In this document: piece after piece, positions 1 to 10,821 of the stretch
How the letters are laid out: every line of letters starts with the position of its first letter
Numbering within the stretch: the stretch's first letter is position 1
Assembly (NCBI RefSeq): GCF_006345805.1
Contig: NW_021832767.1
Location: 1-32,768, forward strand
Direction: 5' to 3'
DNA: 32,768 nt
Origin: Octopus sinensis
Lineage: Eukaryota
Notes under the pieces: generated by a model
Told to the model about the DNA's origin: nothing
Databases searched by the model: none
The model's input: the letters and a program-made list of their open reading frames with translations, nothing else
Translations under genes and position numbers: made by a program

Positions 1-454
1 AAGTTGTTTCCAAGAATATTAGGAATCCTATGACCGGTTAATGGAAAAGAAATACTATATATTATATGTTGATAAACGAAGGAAAGATTTTGTGTTTCGC
101 GTGTGATGTTTTAGTTTATCAAATTTTAGTATCAATTTGTTTGGTGGTTGTGCAAGCTTTCTTTATTTGATGTTGTGCTACTGCCGTCTTCTTTGTCATA
201 CGAGTTATTTTCGGTGTGGTTATGAATTGCTCCTAGTTTTGTTTGTTTTAATTATTCTCGTATTTGAAGTCATGAAATGTAATTTCTTTTATTTTACCAA
301 CAAATGAAATACCTTCATGGAATCGTTTGACCTGTTTGAAATAACATTCTCTGCTCCTGCAGAACAACAACAACAATACAAAAACGATAAACAACAACAA
401 TAACGACATTTAAAATAAAACAACTAATGAAAATATATGATGAATATAGTGGGA

Positions 455-1615
455 CTAGCAGCATAGCCCGGCGTTGCCCGGGTATGTAAGAACCCCTAGT
501 AAGCAACGACTAATCCCAATCTTGTCCTTTCCCTCTAGGGAATTAAGGCGCATGTGTAGGTTGTAATGTCTTCTCTTCACTCCCAAATAACTATCAAACA
601 GCTATCGATAATTCAACCCAACCAATTCCTACTAGGAAGAAATTACATTCGAGACTTTACCCCCAACACCGCCACTTCTGCTAATAGCTGCTGCAGCCGC
701 AAGTTATTCGAATACTTTTTTTGTTTAAACTTTCTTTATAACTACCACCCCAAACGTTTTACCTTAAATTTTTGATGTACCCTAAGGGTCCTTGGACGCT
801 ACTTGCAAACTCTTGGTTTATTATAAACCGCTTTTGTCGTGTGCACCAAAAAACCTTTTCCATTCGTTTGTTCAGTTTGGTCACTTTTGACTTTTTCGTT
901 GTTGTCACTCACATTGCTGCTAGCTTTTTTGCCATTTTTGTACATTTTTATACATTTTGGGATACTTACCCCACGTGTTCAGAGAGTTAAAAAGGTCGAG
1001 TTGCGTCCCCTAGACAGTCTGTGGTTTTGTGTTTAATACACAAATCGGTTTGCTATGTGTGCCACATATGATTTAATTAACCGATTTTTTCCAGTAATAA
1101 TGTATCCTATTGGAATAAAAAGGGTCATATAGCTCCTTGGAGCAGGCATGATGCTCGCTGTGAATTTTAAAAGAAATTCTTGCCAATTTGTGAAAGGTAT
1201 TTTCGAAAATATGTCATCTTGAATTTGAACGCGATTTCCCAAAATAGCATGATTTTATCGATTTTTTCTGATGGTAAGGTATTGCATGGAAAACTAACGT
1301 CAGAATTGAGTTTCTTAGGGTAACATTAAGCTTCACCACGAGTTTGGTGAAAATCGATTGCAAGTTGCGAAAACTACAACAGAAAATGTGTTGCATATAA
1401 AAAGCTTAGATTCTCGACCCCATGTCGAATTTATCGATTCTTTTCAGAACTGGGGGAACTTTTAAAAATTTTCGCTGCGTGAGTTTTGAATTATGACAAT
1501 GGGCTATGTGTGTGTCAAGTTTCATCAGAATCGGTTGAAAGCCGTGGTCAGGGTGAGGGTACAACCTGACAGACACACAGACAGATAAACTGCCGTTTAT
1601 ATATATAGAGAGAGA
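455..1615 (-). mobile_element. Non-autonomous Helitron, 1161 bp, both termini intact
   Basis: On the minus strand it starts TC(TCTCTCTATATATATAAACGGCAG) at 1615. It ends with a GC hairpin (CCCGG-GCAACG-CCGGG, 467-482) followed by CTAG (455-458). It sits between A (1616) and T (454) with no TSD, the canonical Helitron signature. No RepHel ORF. Confidence 0.85.
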
Positions 1616-1682
1616 TACCTTGAAAACGTAAAATAAAGTGAAGAGAAAATTGGCGGGAGAAAGTGACACATCCGATTGTCAC

Positions 1683-1742
1683 AAACACACACACACTCTC
1701 TCTCTCTCTCTTTCTTTCTTTCTCTCTCTCTCTCTCTCTCTT
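1683..1742. repeat. Compound (CA)n/(CT)n microsatellite
   Basis: Direct reading. Confidence 0.95.
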
Positions 1743-3461
1743 ATACTCTTTCTGTCTCGAAAACCCATTTCATTAAGAAGTAATAATGCAAAAGAAAAAA
1801 AATAACTTAAAATTATATAAATATATATATGTTCATATATGTGAATGTAGGGGTATTTCTTTTACGAATTTATGTCTAAAGATAAGAATCGAGTCAAACG
1901 TTGGCATCAAAAGCTCCAATTTAAGAACCGATTATTTCTGAAAACACACTGATTCATTTTTTGTATGGGAATTCGGTGAGGAAACAAAGATTTGCTTTAA
2001 GGTGGTAATAATATGTGTAAATAAGAGAATTAAGTGAAATATTTCGAGGTTACCGTAATTGGCAATCTTTCGTTTCTAGTAGACCTTTCCGTCGATTTCC
2101 GTAAAAAAACTTTTCTTTTGTTACATATGGGCTTGCGGTAACTTTTGAAGTAATGAGAGCGAAAGAGACTAAGAGAAAGCGATTGTATGACGAGGGAAGT
2201 TCTTTTGAAGTTACCGTTCAGGGGAAGCATTGATGTACATGTGTGTGTGTGTGTGTTTGATGGGGTGCGGGAGACAGAAAGTATGTTGTGTAAGTGAAGT
2301 GCTTCTGTTAGTGTGTGCGAAGAGACAGAGTAATGTGTGAAAGAGAGAGATAACTGAAATTTTTTACTCGGTGTATGTGTATATGTATGTATGCATGTAT
2401 GTATGTATCTATGTATGTGTGTGTGTATGTATGGCCGATTCAGTGTTTACATTATTTCGAGTTAAAACGAAAGATTACCTTTGCCTGTTTATGTAACGGT
2501 CTGCTATGTAGAAAATAATGAGGTTGACTCAATGGAATAATGACAGTGATCGAAGATATAGACAAAATTTTTTTTATTTAATCGTTATACATGCCTTGTC
2601 GACTGCTACTGTGCAGCCTTAATGTCTCTGTTGATGTGACGATGGTGAAATGGTAAGAAAAAGATGGGAGAGTTATAAAATGAGGAGATATTCTTCTCAT
2701 GAGAAAAGAGTTGCATTCAAAGGAAAAAAAAAAGTTAAAGTCTATAGAGGTGCACAGAAACTGGGTGCAAGCATGCATATATTGCATGTGTAAACATTGT
2801 GTTGTGCAGCAAAAGGAACGAACAGTACAAAATGTGTAAGGAAAAGTGACAAAATCCGATTGGTAATGTTCTGTGTGAAAAGTCTATGCTGAAAAGTGAG
2901 AAAAGGTTAGTTCTCTTGGTTGGGTAGCTGTCCTAAGTGTTGCATTTATGTATGGCAACTGTTTCCCTCGTGGATCTGTGCATCGGGATGCAGTACATGT
3001 GGAATGTAATTGGTGTGTGTCCATTGAGTCGGTGACTTCATTCCTTTCGTGTTGTGTTGGGCGTGTGACGATGGAACTGAAAACTATGCGTCGTGAAAGT
3101 TCGTGTCCTATATTCTTGTTGATGCGACTGGCACGGACTGTAATTGTTTTCAAGAGTTCATGCGATGCTGAAGCAGTAAGTCTTTGAAGTCGAGCTCACC
3201 AAATGTAATGGATAAGGTAACGAAGACTGCAGTTCTATGGCTCGGGGGTCAGCAATTGTGGCAGGGTTTGTTTTCGAATCACGTTGTGGGTAACCAGTTG
3301 TATCGTTGTGGTTGATGTATTCTAATAACGTCTCTCTGCCGATGCTCGATGCTGACAATACAGAATGTGAAGGTGGCATTGTCACTTCTTCATTTCGGCC
3401 GACTGTAGAAAGAGAGGTATATCACTGTGACACCTATTGTTTTCGTGTGGTGTCTGTGTAG

Positions 3462-3705
3462 ACGCGGAAAAGTTTTACGTCAAACGGAAAACACATCAAT
3501 TGACTTAGCAAAGCCATGTGATGAAATTAACTCAAAGCACTACATATGTATAAGTAGCTACAGCTCGTTCTAACCATTTCTCTTATTTCTGTAAAATGAA
3601 TTGTGGAAGCAAATTTCAGAGAAGAAACTGGATGAGTTAATTTCATCACATGGCTTTACTAAGTCAATTGATGTGTTTTCCGTTTGACTTAAAACTTTTC
3701 CGCGT
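3462..3705. repeat. Foldback/MITE-like inverted repeat, 73-bp arms, 98-bp spacer
   Basis: 3462-3534 is the reverse complement of 3633-3705 with 2 mismatches; no TSD recognised. Confidence 0.9.
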
Positions 3706-4629
3706 GGGGCTAAAAATAATCAGAGATTTTTTAAAATATTCTTTTTATTTTTTCATAACATAAATGTGTTTCTGAGGGAAAAATATTGAAAAACATCAAA
3801 TCATTGAATGAGAAAAAATAGAGAAGACAAGGAGAGTGGTGTGCTAGAAACAACAGCCAAATCTCCCTTAAATCACGCACTTTTTCCCTCGACCCCTTAC
3901 AAAACATTTTGCCAACAAATTTCTTTTAATGGTAATCTACATCGTTTGAAAGTTATTTCTATAAAATTTCATTCAAAAATACCCATTTTCCTGAAATTTA
4001 TGAGGAGGGGAAATGTCTGGTTGTGTGAATTTTGCGAAACTCCTTTCCGCAACCCTTCAGAAAATGTTTTTCCAACAAATCCTTACAAATGCTCAATCTA
4101 TAGGATCTAAGCGATTATTTGTTGAAAGTTTCCTTCAAAAAATATCTATTTTTCTGCAAGTTACGAGGAAACAAAGTCGGTGGGGGTATATATCTGTAGT
4201 TATGCCGAATTTGCTTCCTCACAACTTCCGCAAAATTAAATATTTTTTAATGAAATTTTCTACAAATATTCTTCAGATGGTTTAGATTCCGATTAAATCG
4301 GAATTCACTGTGAAAACCGTTTGTCCCTGGGTGGGAAAAGAAGTTTTAGAAAATTCACAAGATTCGCCTTTGTTATGAAAGACAAAAAAGTTTTCCCAAT
4401 AAATCCCCATAGAATCGGAATCTACACCATCTGAAGCATATTTGTAGGAAATTCCATGAAAAATATCCATTTCTCTGCAAGTTATTACGGAAGAAACATA
4501 CACATCATAAAGGAACATTTATACACATGTATATTTATATATACCTACATATACACACATGTCTTTGCTATGTTTTTTAAACACATAAACTTCATAGATG
4601 CATACTTTTATAATATTTTACACTTAAAC

Positions 4630-5010
4630 CGCCACAGGACAATATTTTTAGAGTTGCTTCTTAAAGTGTCCTTCACTTTTTTGATGACAAACGATACAAA
4701 TTTCAGTGTATTTGGCTGTTATTTCTAGCATGATGTTAGGCCATCTATAGGACAATATTTGACATGGATGCTTCGCAAATTGTCTTTCGATTTTTATTTG
4801 TGATGAAACAAAAATGTGAAGGTTTAGGTGGTTCTTTCTAGCATGAAATGAGACCATATACAGGCCAATTTCATTCATGAATGCTTCTTATCTGTTCTTC
4901 AAAATTTATATGAAAAATAAAGTGGTTTCTATTTCTAGCATGAAAAATGACCAGCTATAGGAAAGCTTTTACTGAATGCTTCTTAAAGTGTCCTTCTCTT
5001 TTTTTATGAA
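4630..5010. repeat. Degenerate tandem repeat, ~100-113 bp period
   Basis: TTTCTAGCATGA recurs at 4722, 4835 and 4932; GCTTCTTAAAGTGTCCTTC recurs near 4656 and 4978. Confidence 0.7.
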
Positions 5011-5017
5011 CCCCCAA

Positions 5018-5294
5018 CAGCAACAACAATAACAACCCTACGAGGATGAAAGGCAATGTTTGTGCGTGTGTGCAGTTGGAATGTCACTGCAACAACAACA
5101 ACAACAACAATCTATTCTTATTAAACGTTAAAAACTGTCAGATGCAGACTGATGATGAAGACGATGATGATGATGATGGTGATGATGACGATGATGATGA
5201 TGATGATGATGATGGCGGTGATGACGATGATGGTGGTGGCGGCGGCGGTGGTCGTCTCCTCTGCTTTCGGACCAGACATTCATACATACATGCA

Positions 5295-5333
<39 letters not shown>

Positions 5334-5460
5334 TATATATATATACACAAACATACATACATACTTCTAGCCTTATTTCTATACATACATTCCTAAATAT
5401 GTGTGTATATATATATAAACACATGTACATAAACTGTATATAAATATACACACACAAAGA
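5018..5460. repeat. Microsatellite block (CAA)n, (GAT)n, (GGC)n, (TA)n, (TACA)n
   Basis: Direct reading; explains the poly-D/M/H/S ORFs in the track. Confidence 0.95.
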
Positions 5461-5606
5461 GAGTGTTGAGGAATGTTACAACAATAAGTGTTAGTATGTA
5501 GAATGCAATGTATGCGATGCAGGTTCGATTCCCAGGCGAAGCCATTTACAACAACAACAACAATAAGAAGAAGAAGAAGATTGAAGTTTAATATTTCTGG
5601 AAATAT

Positions 5607-5940
5607 TTATTTGTCAAAATAAAAGAAAGCAAAAGATTGACGTCCAGGAATAATTCCAAAAACCATCAAAGAATTGTCTGAAACATCCAAACCAAGAACT
5701 TCAGAGACTTCATTATCATACCCTCTAAGGAGTAAATATTTTCGATTATCTTTAAATCCCAGGATTTCATCGTCTTCAGATGTTTCCTCTTCAATATGTC
5801 GAGGTATTTCGTAAATATTGTTTCTTGTATCTGTTACATAAACACATTCACCAATTATGGTCAGATAAGGTCTTGCAATATAATAATATGGCAGATGAGA
5901 AAACCATCCTCCTTCTATTATTATCCTCCTCACCAAAGAC
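5607..5940 (-). CDS. True C-terminus of the propeller gene, in a shifted frame
   Basis: KSLVRRIIIEGGW...PYLTIIGECVYVTDTRNNIYEI is blade-like. It joins WFRG of the long ORF if one base is removed from the GGGGAAAA run (5941-5948). Confidence 0.7.
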
Positions 5941-8900
5941 TTTTCCCCTGAACCATTCCACAAAACACAAAATATCCCACCCTCCATACTCCTTCTCCTC
6001 CATCTCCCTCCTCAAAACAACAACATCACCAAAAGATGTGACTCCCACATCTTCCACCCCTTCATCTCCCTCCAACCTTCCCAATCTCCTCATCTTCCCA
6101 CGACACACTTCATCTTTACATTTCCCATCTTTGATATCAACCACATCCACATAATAACGGTCAAAGATGTCGGGGTCATCGCAATAATAGAAATCCTTGT
6201 TGTTCTCCCATCTTCTATGGTATTTCTTGTCTCTCTCTTCTTGAGTTATGTCTCTAATATAATGACCACCACACACGAGTTGATTGTCGTATTTATAAAT
6301 CCTGTTGTAGAATTTCTCAGTTATGATGGTTTTTAAACGACGGAGATCCCTGTTGAAGACCCTCATTTCTCTCCCAAAGGCGACAATGAAACATTCCTCT
6401 GTCCACCGACATATATCCAGTGCTGGTCGTTTTTGTTGTTCATGTTGAAGCATGTCCACTGTTGTTGTTGTTGTTGTTCTGATTAATGTGACACTTTCTC
6501 GAAACATCAACACACTCACATTCTCATCTAACTTAATTAGTTTACTGTTCCGGTCCCTAATGTCCATCAAATCATAATCAACAGGTTCCTCGAATGCAGG
6601 AATGGAAAAAGGGACCATTGCTGTCCTATATGGAAGTCTCCTCACTGATATTTCATCAATTCCTGAATTATTAATCTCCGCTATGTAATTACCACATCTC
6701 ACCTTTAATCTACCTTTACCAATTATTTCACCTGATTTACCTCTTCTTCTTCTTCCTCCTCCATCTCCATCTCCTCCTCTGTATTCCAATTTATTAATTA
6801 ATTCATTACTGAATATTTCCTTGTTCATTTCAGATGTAATGGAAGGGAAACGAAGACTAGAATCAAGATTTAATAACGACACAGATTCCAGAATGTTCAC
6901 TTGGTCCCCATCAATCTTTATGCAATGACAGTCAATCAATTCATTATGTACACACCAGTAAATACCCGCCACTTTTCTCCATATTACACCATAAGGGATG
7001 AGACTCAACCAAACTTGAGATGTCTGCAAATCTTCTCCATTCAGTTGAAATATTTCTTTCCTTTTAGGAACCGTGGCCATTATGTGTGATTCTTGTGTAA
7101 AACACACACCACCAACTAAACTTGCAACATTTCTGTGACATAGCAACTGGCCGTCTTCATCGAATATTTTAATATTTCCATTATTGGCTTTTTCACACAC
7201 AACTGTCTTTCCTTCCTCAGAGGCATCAAAATCTTTTACTTGAACAGGACATTCGTCTGTTTGTAAACGAGCAACCGGGAAGCTGTCTCGATTCACCATA
7301 AACAACCCTTCAACATACAATTCATTCCTTTCTTCCCTCCTGGGGCTTCCAACAAATCTTGGTCCTTTACAGTCTATACTGGAGAATTCTATTTTATCTT
7401 TATAAAATCTTTCATTTAAAAATATTCTCTTGTATTCCCTATTCTGGGTCAAACACAAAATGTTTTGATATGCAGATATAGTAAAATTTGTATCCCACCC
7501 ACCATAAATGTACAAAAAACTGTCATCAATTGTCATCCTGTCATCACTACCAAGATAATCATAATTCATGTAGTGTCTGACTGAATGTAAATATTGACCA
7601 TCACTGTTGAAGAAAATGATGAATCTGTTGTTTAAGACAATGATGACATTTTCATCAGTAACTTTAATATCCTGGATTTCATCAGAACAAACTCCATCTT
7701 CGTTTCTCAATATTAATTGTCCAGGTATGTCTATTTTTTTTATTTCCTCCACACTCGAACGTATTTCATCAATATCAACAAAATGCAAACGTCTTACATC
7801 TCCACTTTCACTCAAAACCAATTGATTGTTTGATAAAGAAGCCACACATTTATAATCATTTCTCGTTTGGTAAGTTACCAACGACAATGGAAATTCCACT
7901 TTTAATGTCAACAGTTGGGGTTTGTTACCAAAATAATCCCAATCCGTAGTAATGACCAGTGTGTTTGACTGCCATCGACACATTTTAATATATTCATCAA
8001 CATTCACTTTGATTGAATCCAAAAGCTGACCATCCAATGTGAATATCTTAATGTTTCCATTCTCCCAGTCACATCCTGCAATCAGATTATTTTCAGTAAG
8101 AACCAAACGATCAATCTCCACTGGTTCTTCGTCTCCCAAATGTTCAGGGAGAGGAATATGTCTGGCTTTATCAGAAACTGTCAGGTCCTGTAGATATAAA
8201 GTGGAAGACAACATTTCACTGAGAGAAATGTTTCTGGAAAATACATCCACCAGGTCGATATAATAATTAAGTTGATTATTAGTAACGAGATCATTAACCA
8301 ACAAATTCTGATCGTTTATGGCAAACATACGGCTTCTGTCTATCAGATAAACAGACGTTTGATCAATAGATCCACCTTGGAGACTGAGGGGACGTTTCAC
8401 TTGGGACATTAAAACACTGGGGACCATTCTACTAAAATAACGATATCTAGTTCTACCACCACGAAGACGATGACCACGACCACGAAGAGGACGACTGCCA
8501 TGACCACCACCACCTATTGTAGTGTTGTACTGAAAAGCTTTTCCCCTAGTAACAATTAATAGCTTTTCTGTTTTCTTGTCTATTGATAATGATTTCACAA
8601 AAACGGGGATATTAATTGTCTTAATTACTTCAATTTGATTATAATAATTGATGGCTAAAATGTCTAAATGTGATGTTTTATCACAATAACAAACAATTTC
8701 ACGTTCACCCATCTTACACACCTGTACATAAGGCTGCCTTAATGATACACTTCTCACTGTCTTTGATAGGTTTCTGATGACCCTTAATTGTTTCTGTAGG
8801 GGTAATGTGACCCCTATATGATTTGAATCCCATCGACATATATCTGTGGCTGTAGACGGCAGAGATAATCTGGACACAATGTCTCCTTCCTCAGAAATGT

Positions 8901-9651
8901 ACATCAAGCAATCATGCTTGATGTCAGACACCACCAACTGTCCATTGGACAGATTACATATTTTGCCAATGACAAGTTTTTGGTCATTCTCCTTTTCTTT
9001 GAGTCGTAGATTTAGATTTCTGATATAAGGATTTTTCGTGGGTAAACGACAGCCAGACGACCAGTCTTGATACTTGTAAAGAAGAACCCTGTTGAGTTGA
9101 GTGTCCGGGACATAAAGAGTTCCTTGGAAAACAGCAATGTGAGGGTGAACTGGGAAAGGCAGTTCCCACTGCCATTTCATTTGTCCATATAGATCGTAAC
9201 ATCTGAGAATAGAGTGTCTCCTGAAGAGGACATAGAAATAAACATTATCAGAGTAGATGTGATGAGGGTGGCCATAGAATGGAAGGTATTTTTGAAAAAG
9301 TTCTTCACCACATGTGGAATAAAATATCATTTTATTTTCACTTCCATCTACGACTACAAAATTAATTGGAGTTGCAGCAATGCTGACATTATGATGTCCC
9401 AGAGAAATTCTTTCTGCAATGTCAACTTTATCTTCATTGATCAAGAGGATATGGACCTCACTTTTGTTTTCAGTGGTGGTCACAGCTAAACACTTATTTG
9501 ATACAATATACATTTTCATGTAATCAGTTTGCACCTTTATTAAAGGGCCTTTTCTCAATTCAGGACAAGGTGATATACTGAATCCTTTAATTTCACGGTA
9601 AAATACCAGGAATCTGTTTGCGTTTATTCTACAACAGAAGAGGAAGCTCAA
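5848..9651 (-). CDS. Uninterrupted 1267-codon core of the multi-propeller gene (first ATG at 9519)
   Basis: 3.8 kb ORF in AT-rich DNA. Propeller starts near aa 228 (IGKICNLSNGQLVVSD...TDICRWDSNHIGVTLP), 512 (IDRLVLTENNLIAGCDWENGNIKIF...KMCRW), 803 (VKDFDASEEGKTVVCEKANNGNIKIF) and ~1035 (...LDICRW). These resemble the C-terminal NHL-like propellers of expanded mollusc TRIM proteins. Confidence 0.85.
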   Translation of the reverse strand: MSFLFCCRINANRFLVFYREIKGFSISPCPELRKGPLIKVQTDYMKMYIVSNKCLAVTTTENKSEVHILLINEDKVDIAERISLGHHNVSIAATPINFVVVDGSENKMIFYSTCGEELFQKYLPFYGHPHHIYSDNVYFYVLFRRHSILRCYDLYGQMKWQWELPFPVHPHIAVFQGTLYVPDTQLNRVLLYKYQDWSSGCRLPTKNPYIRNLNLRLKEKENDQKLVIGKICNLSNGQLVVSDIKHDCLMYISEEGDIVSRLSLPSTATDICRWDSNHIGVTLPLQKQLRVIRNLSKTVRSVSLRQPYVQVCKMGEREIVCYCDKTSHLDILAINYYNQIEVIKTINIPVFVKSLSIDKKTEKLLIVTRGKAFQYNTTIGGGGHGSRPLRGRGHRLRGGRTRYRYFSRMVPSVLMSQVKRPLSLQGGSIDQTSVYLIDRSRMFAINDQNLLVNDLVTNNQLNYYIDLVDVFSRNISLSEMLSSTLYLQDLTVSDKARHIPLPEHLGDEEPVEIDRLVLTENNLIAGCDWENGNIKIFTLDGQLLDSIKVNVDEYIKMCRWQSNTLVITTDWDYFGNKPQLLTLKVEFPLSLVTYQTRNDYKCVASLSNNQLVLSESGDVRRLHFVDIDEIRSSVEEIKKIDIPGQLILRNEDGVCSDEIQDIKVTDENVIIVLNNRFIIFFNSDGQYLHSVRHYMNYDYLGSDDRMTIDDSFLYIYGGWDTNFTISAYQNILCLTQNREYKRIFLNERFYKDKIEFSSIDCKGPRFVGSPRREERNELYVEGLFMVNRDSFPVARLQTDECPVQVKDFDASEEGKTVVCEKANNGNIKIFDEDGQLLCHRNVASLVGGVCFTQESHIMATVPKRKEIFQLNGEDLQTSQVWLSLIPYGVIWRKVAGIYWCVHNELIDCHCIKIDGDQVNILESVSLLNLDSSLRFPSITSEMNKEIFSNELINKLEYRGGDGDGGGRRRRGKSGEIIGKGRLKVRCGNYIAEINNSGIDEISVRRLPYRTAMVPFSIPAFEEPVDYDLMDIRDRNSKLIKLDENVSVLMFRESVTLIRTTTTTTVDMLQHEQQKRPALDICRWTEECFIVAFGREMRVFNRDLRRLKTIITEKFYNRIYKYDNQLVCGGHYIRDITQEERDKKYHRRWENNKDFYYCDDPDIFDRYYVDVVDIKDGKCKDEVCRGKMRRLGRLEGDEGVEDVGVTSFGDVVVLRREMEEKEYGGWDILCFVEWFRGKVFGEEDNNRRRMVFSSAILLYCKTLSDHNW

Positions 9652-10185
9652 GGAAAACTAATTACTCTGGCTAATTATTTCCCCGTTATCAGTGAATAAT
9701 TTAGCTTTCTTGTTTTTGTAAATTATTAATATAGAAGATGTAGACATAGGTTAGAATATTTGTAATGTTGTAGCAATCCTCAAATCAATATAGTCTTTTA
9801 AAACTGGGGGTATGTAGCTGGTGGTTGTATGACTTTGGGCCAAAAGTCTTTATTCATTTGAATACCATGTGGTTTGCCGCAATAATCTGTTACCAAAATG
9901 GTATCTTTACCAACAGAAAATAGAGCAGCATTTCTGCCAATGTCCCTCCTTGTTACACCGCCGTAGCTGAAATCCTATAAATTATTTTCCCTGGAGGACA
10001 TAGAAATAATTTTGGTACAGAGAGATTTTACTTGGGAGGTGCAGAGAATGGTCTCTACTTCCCATAACTGTTGGCATCCAGTTTGTAACAGATTACTCTG
10101 TTGATGCTGGCGAATGTATTACAAGTATATTCTGGACACCCCTACAGCAAGATCTGTAGGGGTTTCTTTGGTAATAAATTGATAG

Positions 10186-10821
10186 TTATGGTATTTCCTC
10201 CCAATCAAATTGGTAAACTATCTTACCAAACATTTCTACACCTATAAGTGTAGAATCTTCTAAGTAACTCACCATATGTAACGCCAACTGTATCCTTTTG
10301 ATCTTAAAGGTTTTAGGGCTGATAATAAGAATCATTTCTTGGAAGGGGAGGGTTGCCAGAACCATGTCTTCACTGATTCTGGTGAAACTGGTCACAGAAG
10401 ATGGACAATGGACATCAATTCTATCACTGTCTCTTGTTACTAAACTTATAGTCTTGCAGTGGTGGGAATATGTCATCACTCCCTCCTCTATAATGACAAT
10501 ATTGGATATTATTGTCCCTTCTTCAAATTCTTCTCCAGATTCCTCAATATTTGCTTCTCTAGTCACAACTGGCTGAAGAGACCGAAATTTATTTTTGGTT
10601 ATTTTTGTTGTGTGAATGGTTTTCCATCTGTATGGATTGCTGGTGACGGAAATGTCAAAGAGTCTTTGTTGAAACCATTCGAGGTCCTGCTGAATAGAAA
10701 TATTCTGTTCTTTAGTATATTTCAGCAAAATTCCAAGTCTCTCTTTGACCTTTTCTAAAATACAATTGGCCCTTAATCCCAGACTTTCATAATGTTTGCT
10801 CTCCTTAACTATATGCTCCAT
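10186..10821 (-). CDS. Coiled-coil linker plus start of first propeller unit
   Basis: Helical segment (LEKVKERLGILLKYTKEQNISIQQDLEWFQQRL), then ISNIVIIEEG...VTSFTRISEDMVLATLPFQEMILII, matching the repeat start; same frame as the 1267-aa ORF. Confidence 0.75.
   Translation of the reverse strand: MEHIVKESKHYESLGLRANCILEKVKERLGILLKYTKEQNISIQQDLEWFQQRLFDISVTSNPYRWKTIHTTKITKNKFRSLQPVVTREANIEESGEEFEEGTIISNIVIIEEGVMTYSHHCKTISLVTRDSDRIDVHCPSSVTSFTRISEDMVLATLPFQEMILIISPKTFKIKRIQLALHMVSYLEDSTLIGVEMFGKIVYQFDWEEIP

Noticed and set aside
5046-5457. Poly-Asp/Met/His/Ser ORFs
   Set aside because: Translations of (GAT)n/(TA)n microsatellites
5490-5545. tRNA-like GGTTCGATTCCC
   Set aside because: Only a B-box is clear and no cloverleaf forms; at most a SINE remnant
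5938-5950. G GGA AAA slippery-like heptamer at the 3' frameshift of the propeller gene (programmed -1 frameshift?)
   Set aside because: A -1 shift leads to AGT CTT TGG TGA (stop). The productive frame is +1, so a homopolymer indel is the simpler explanation.
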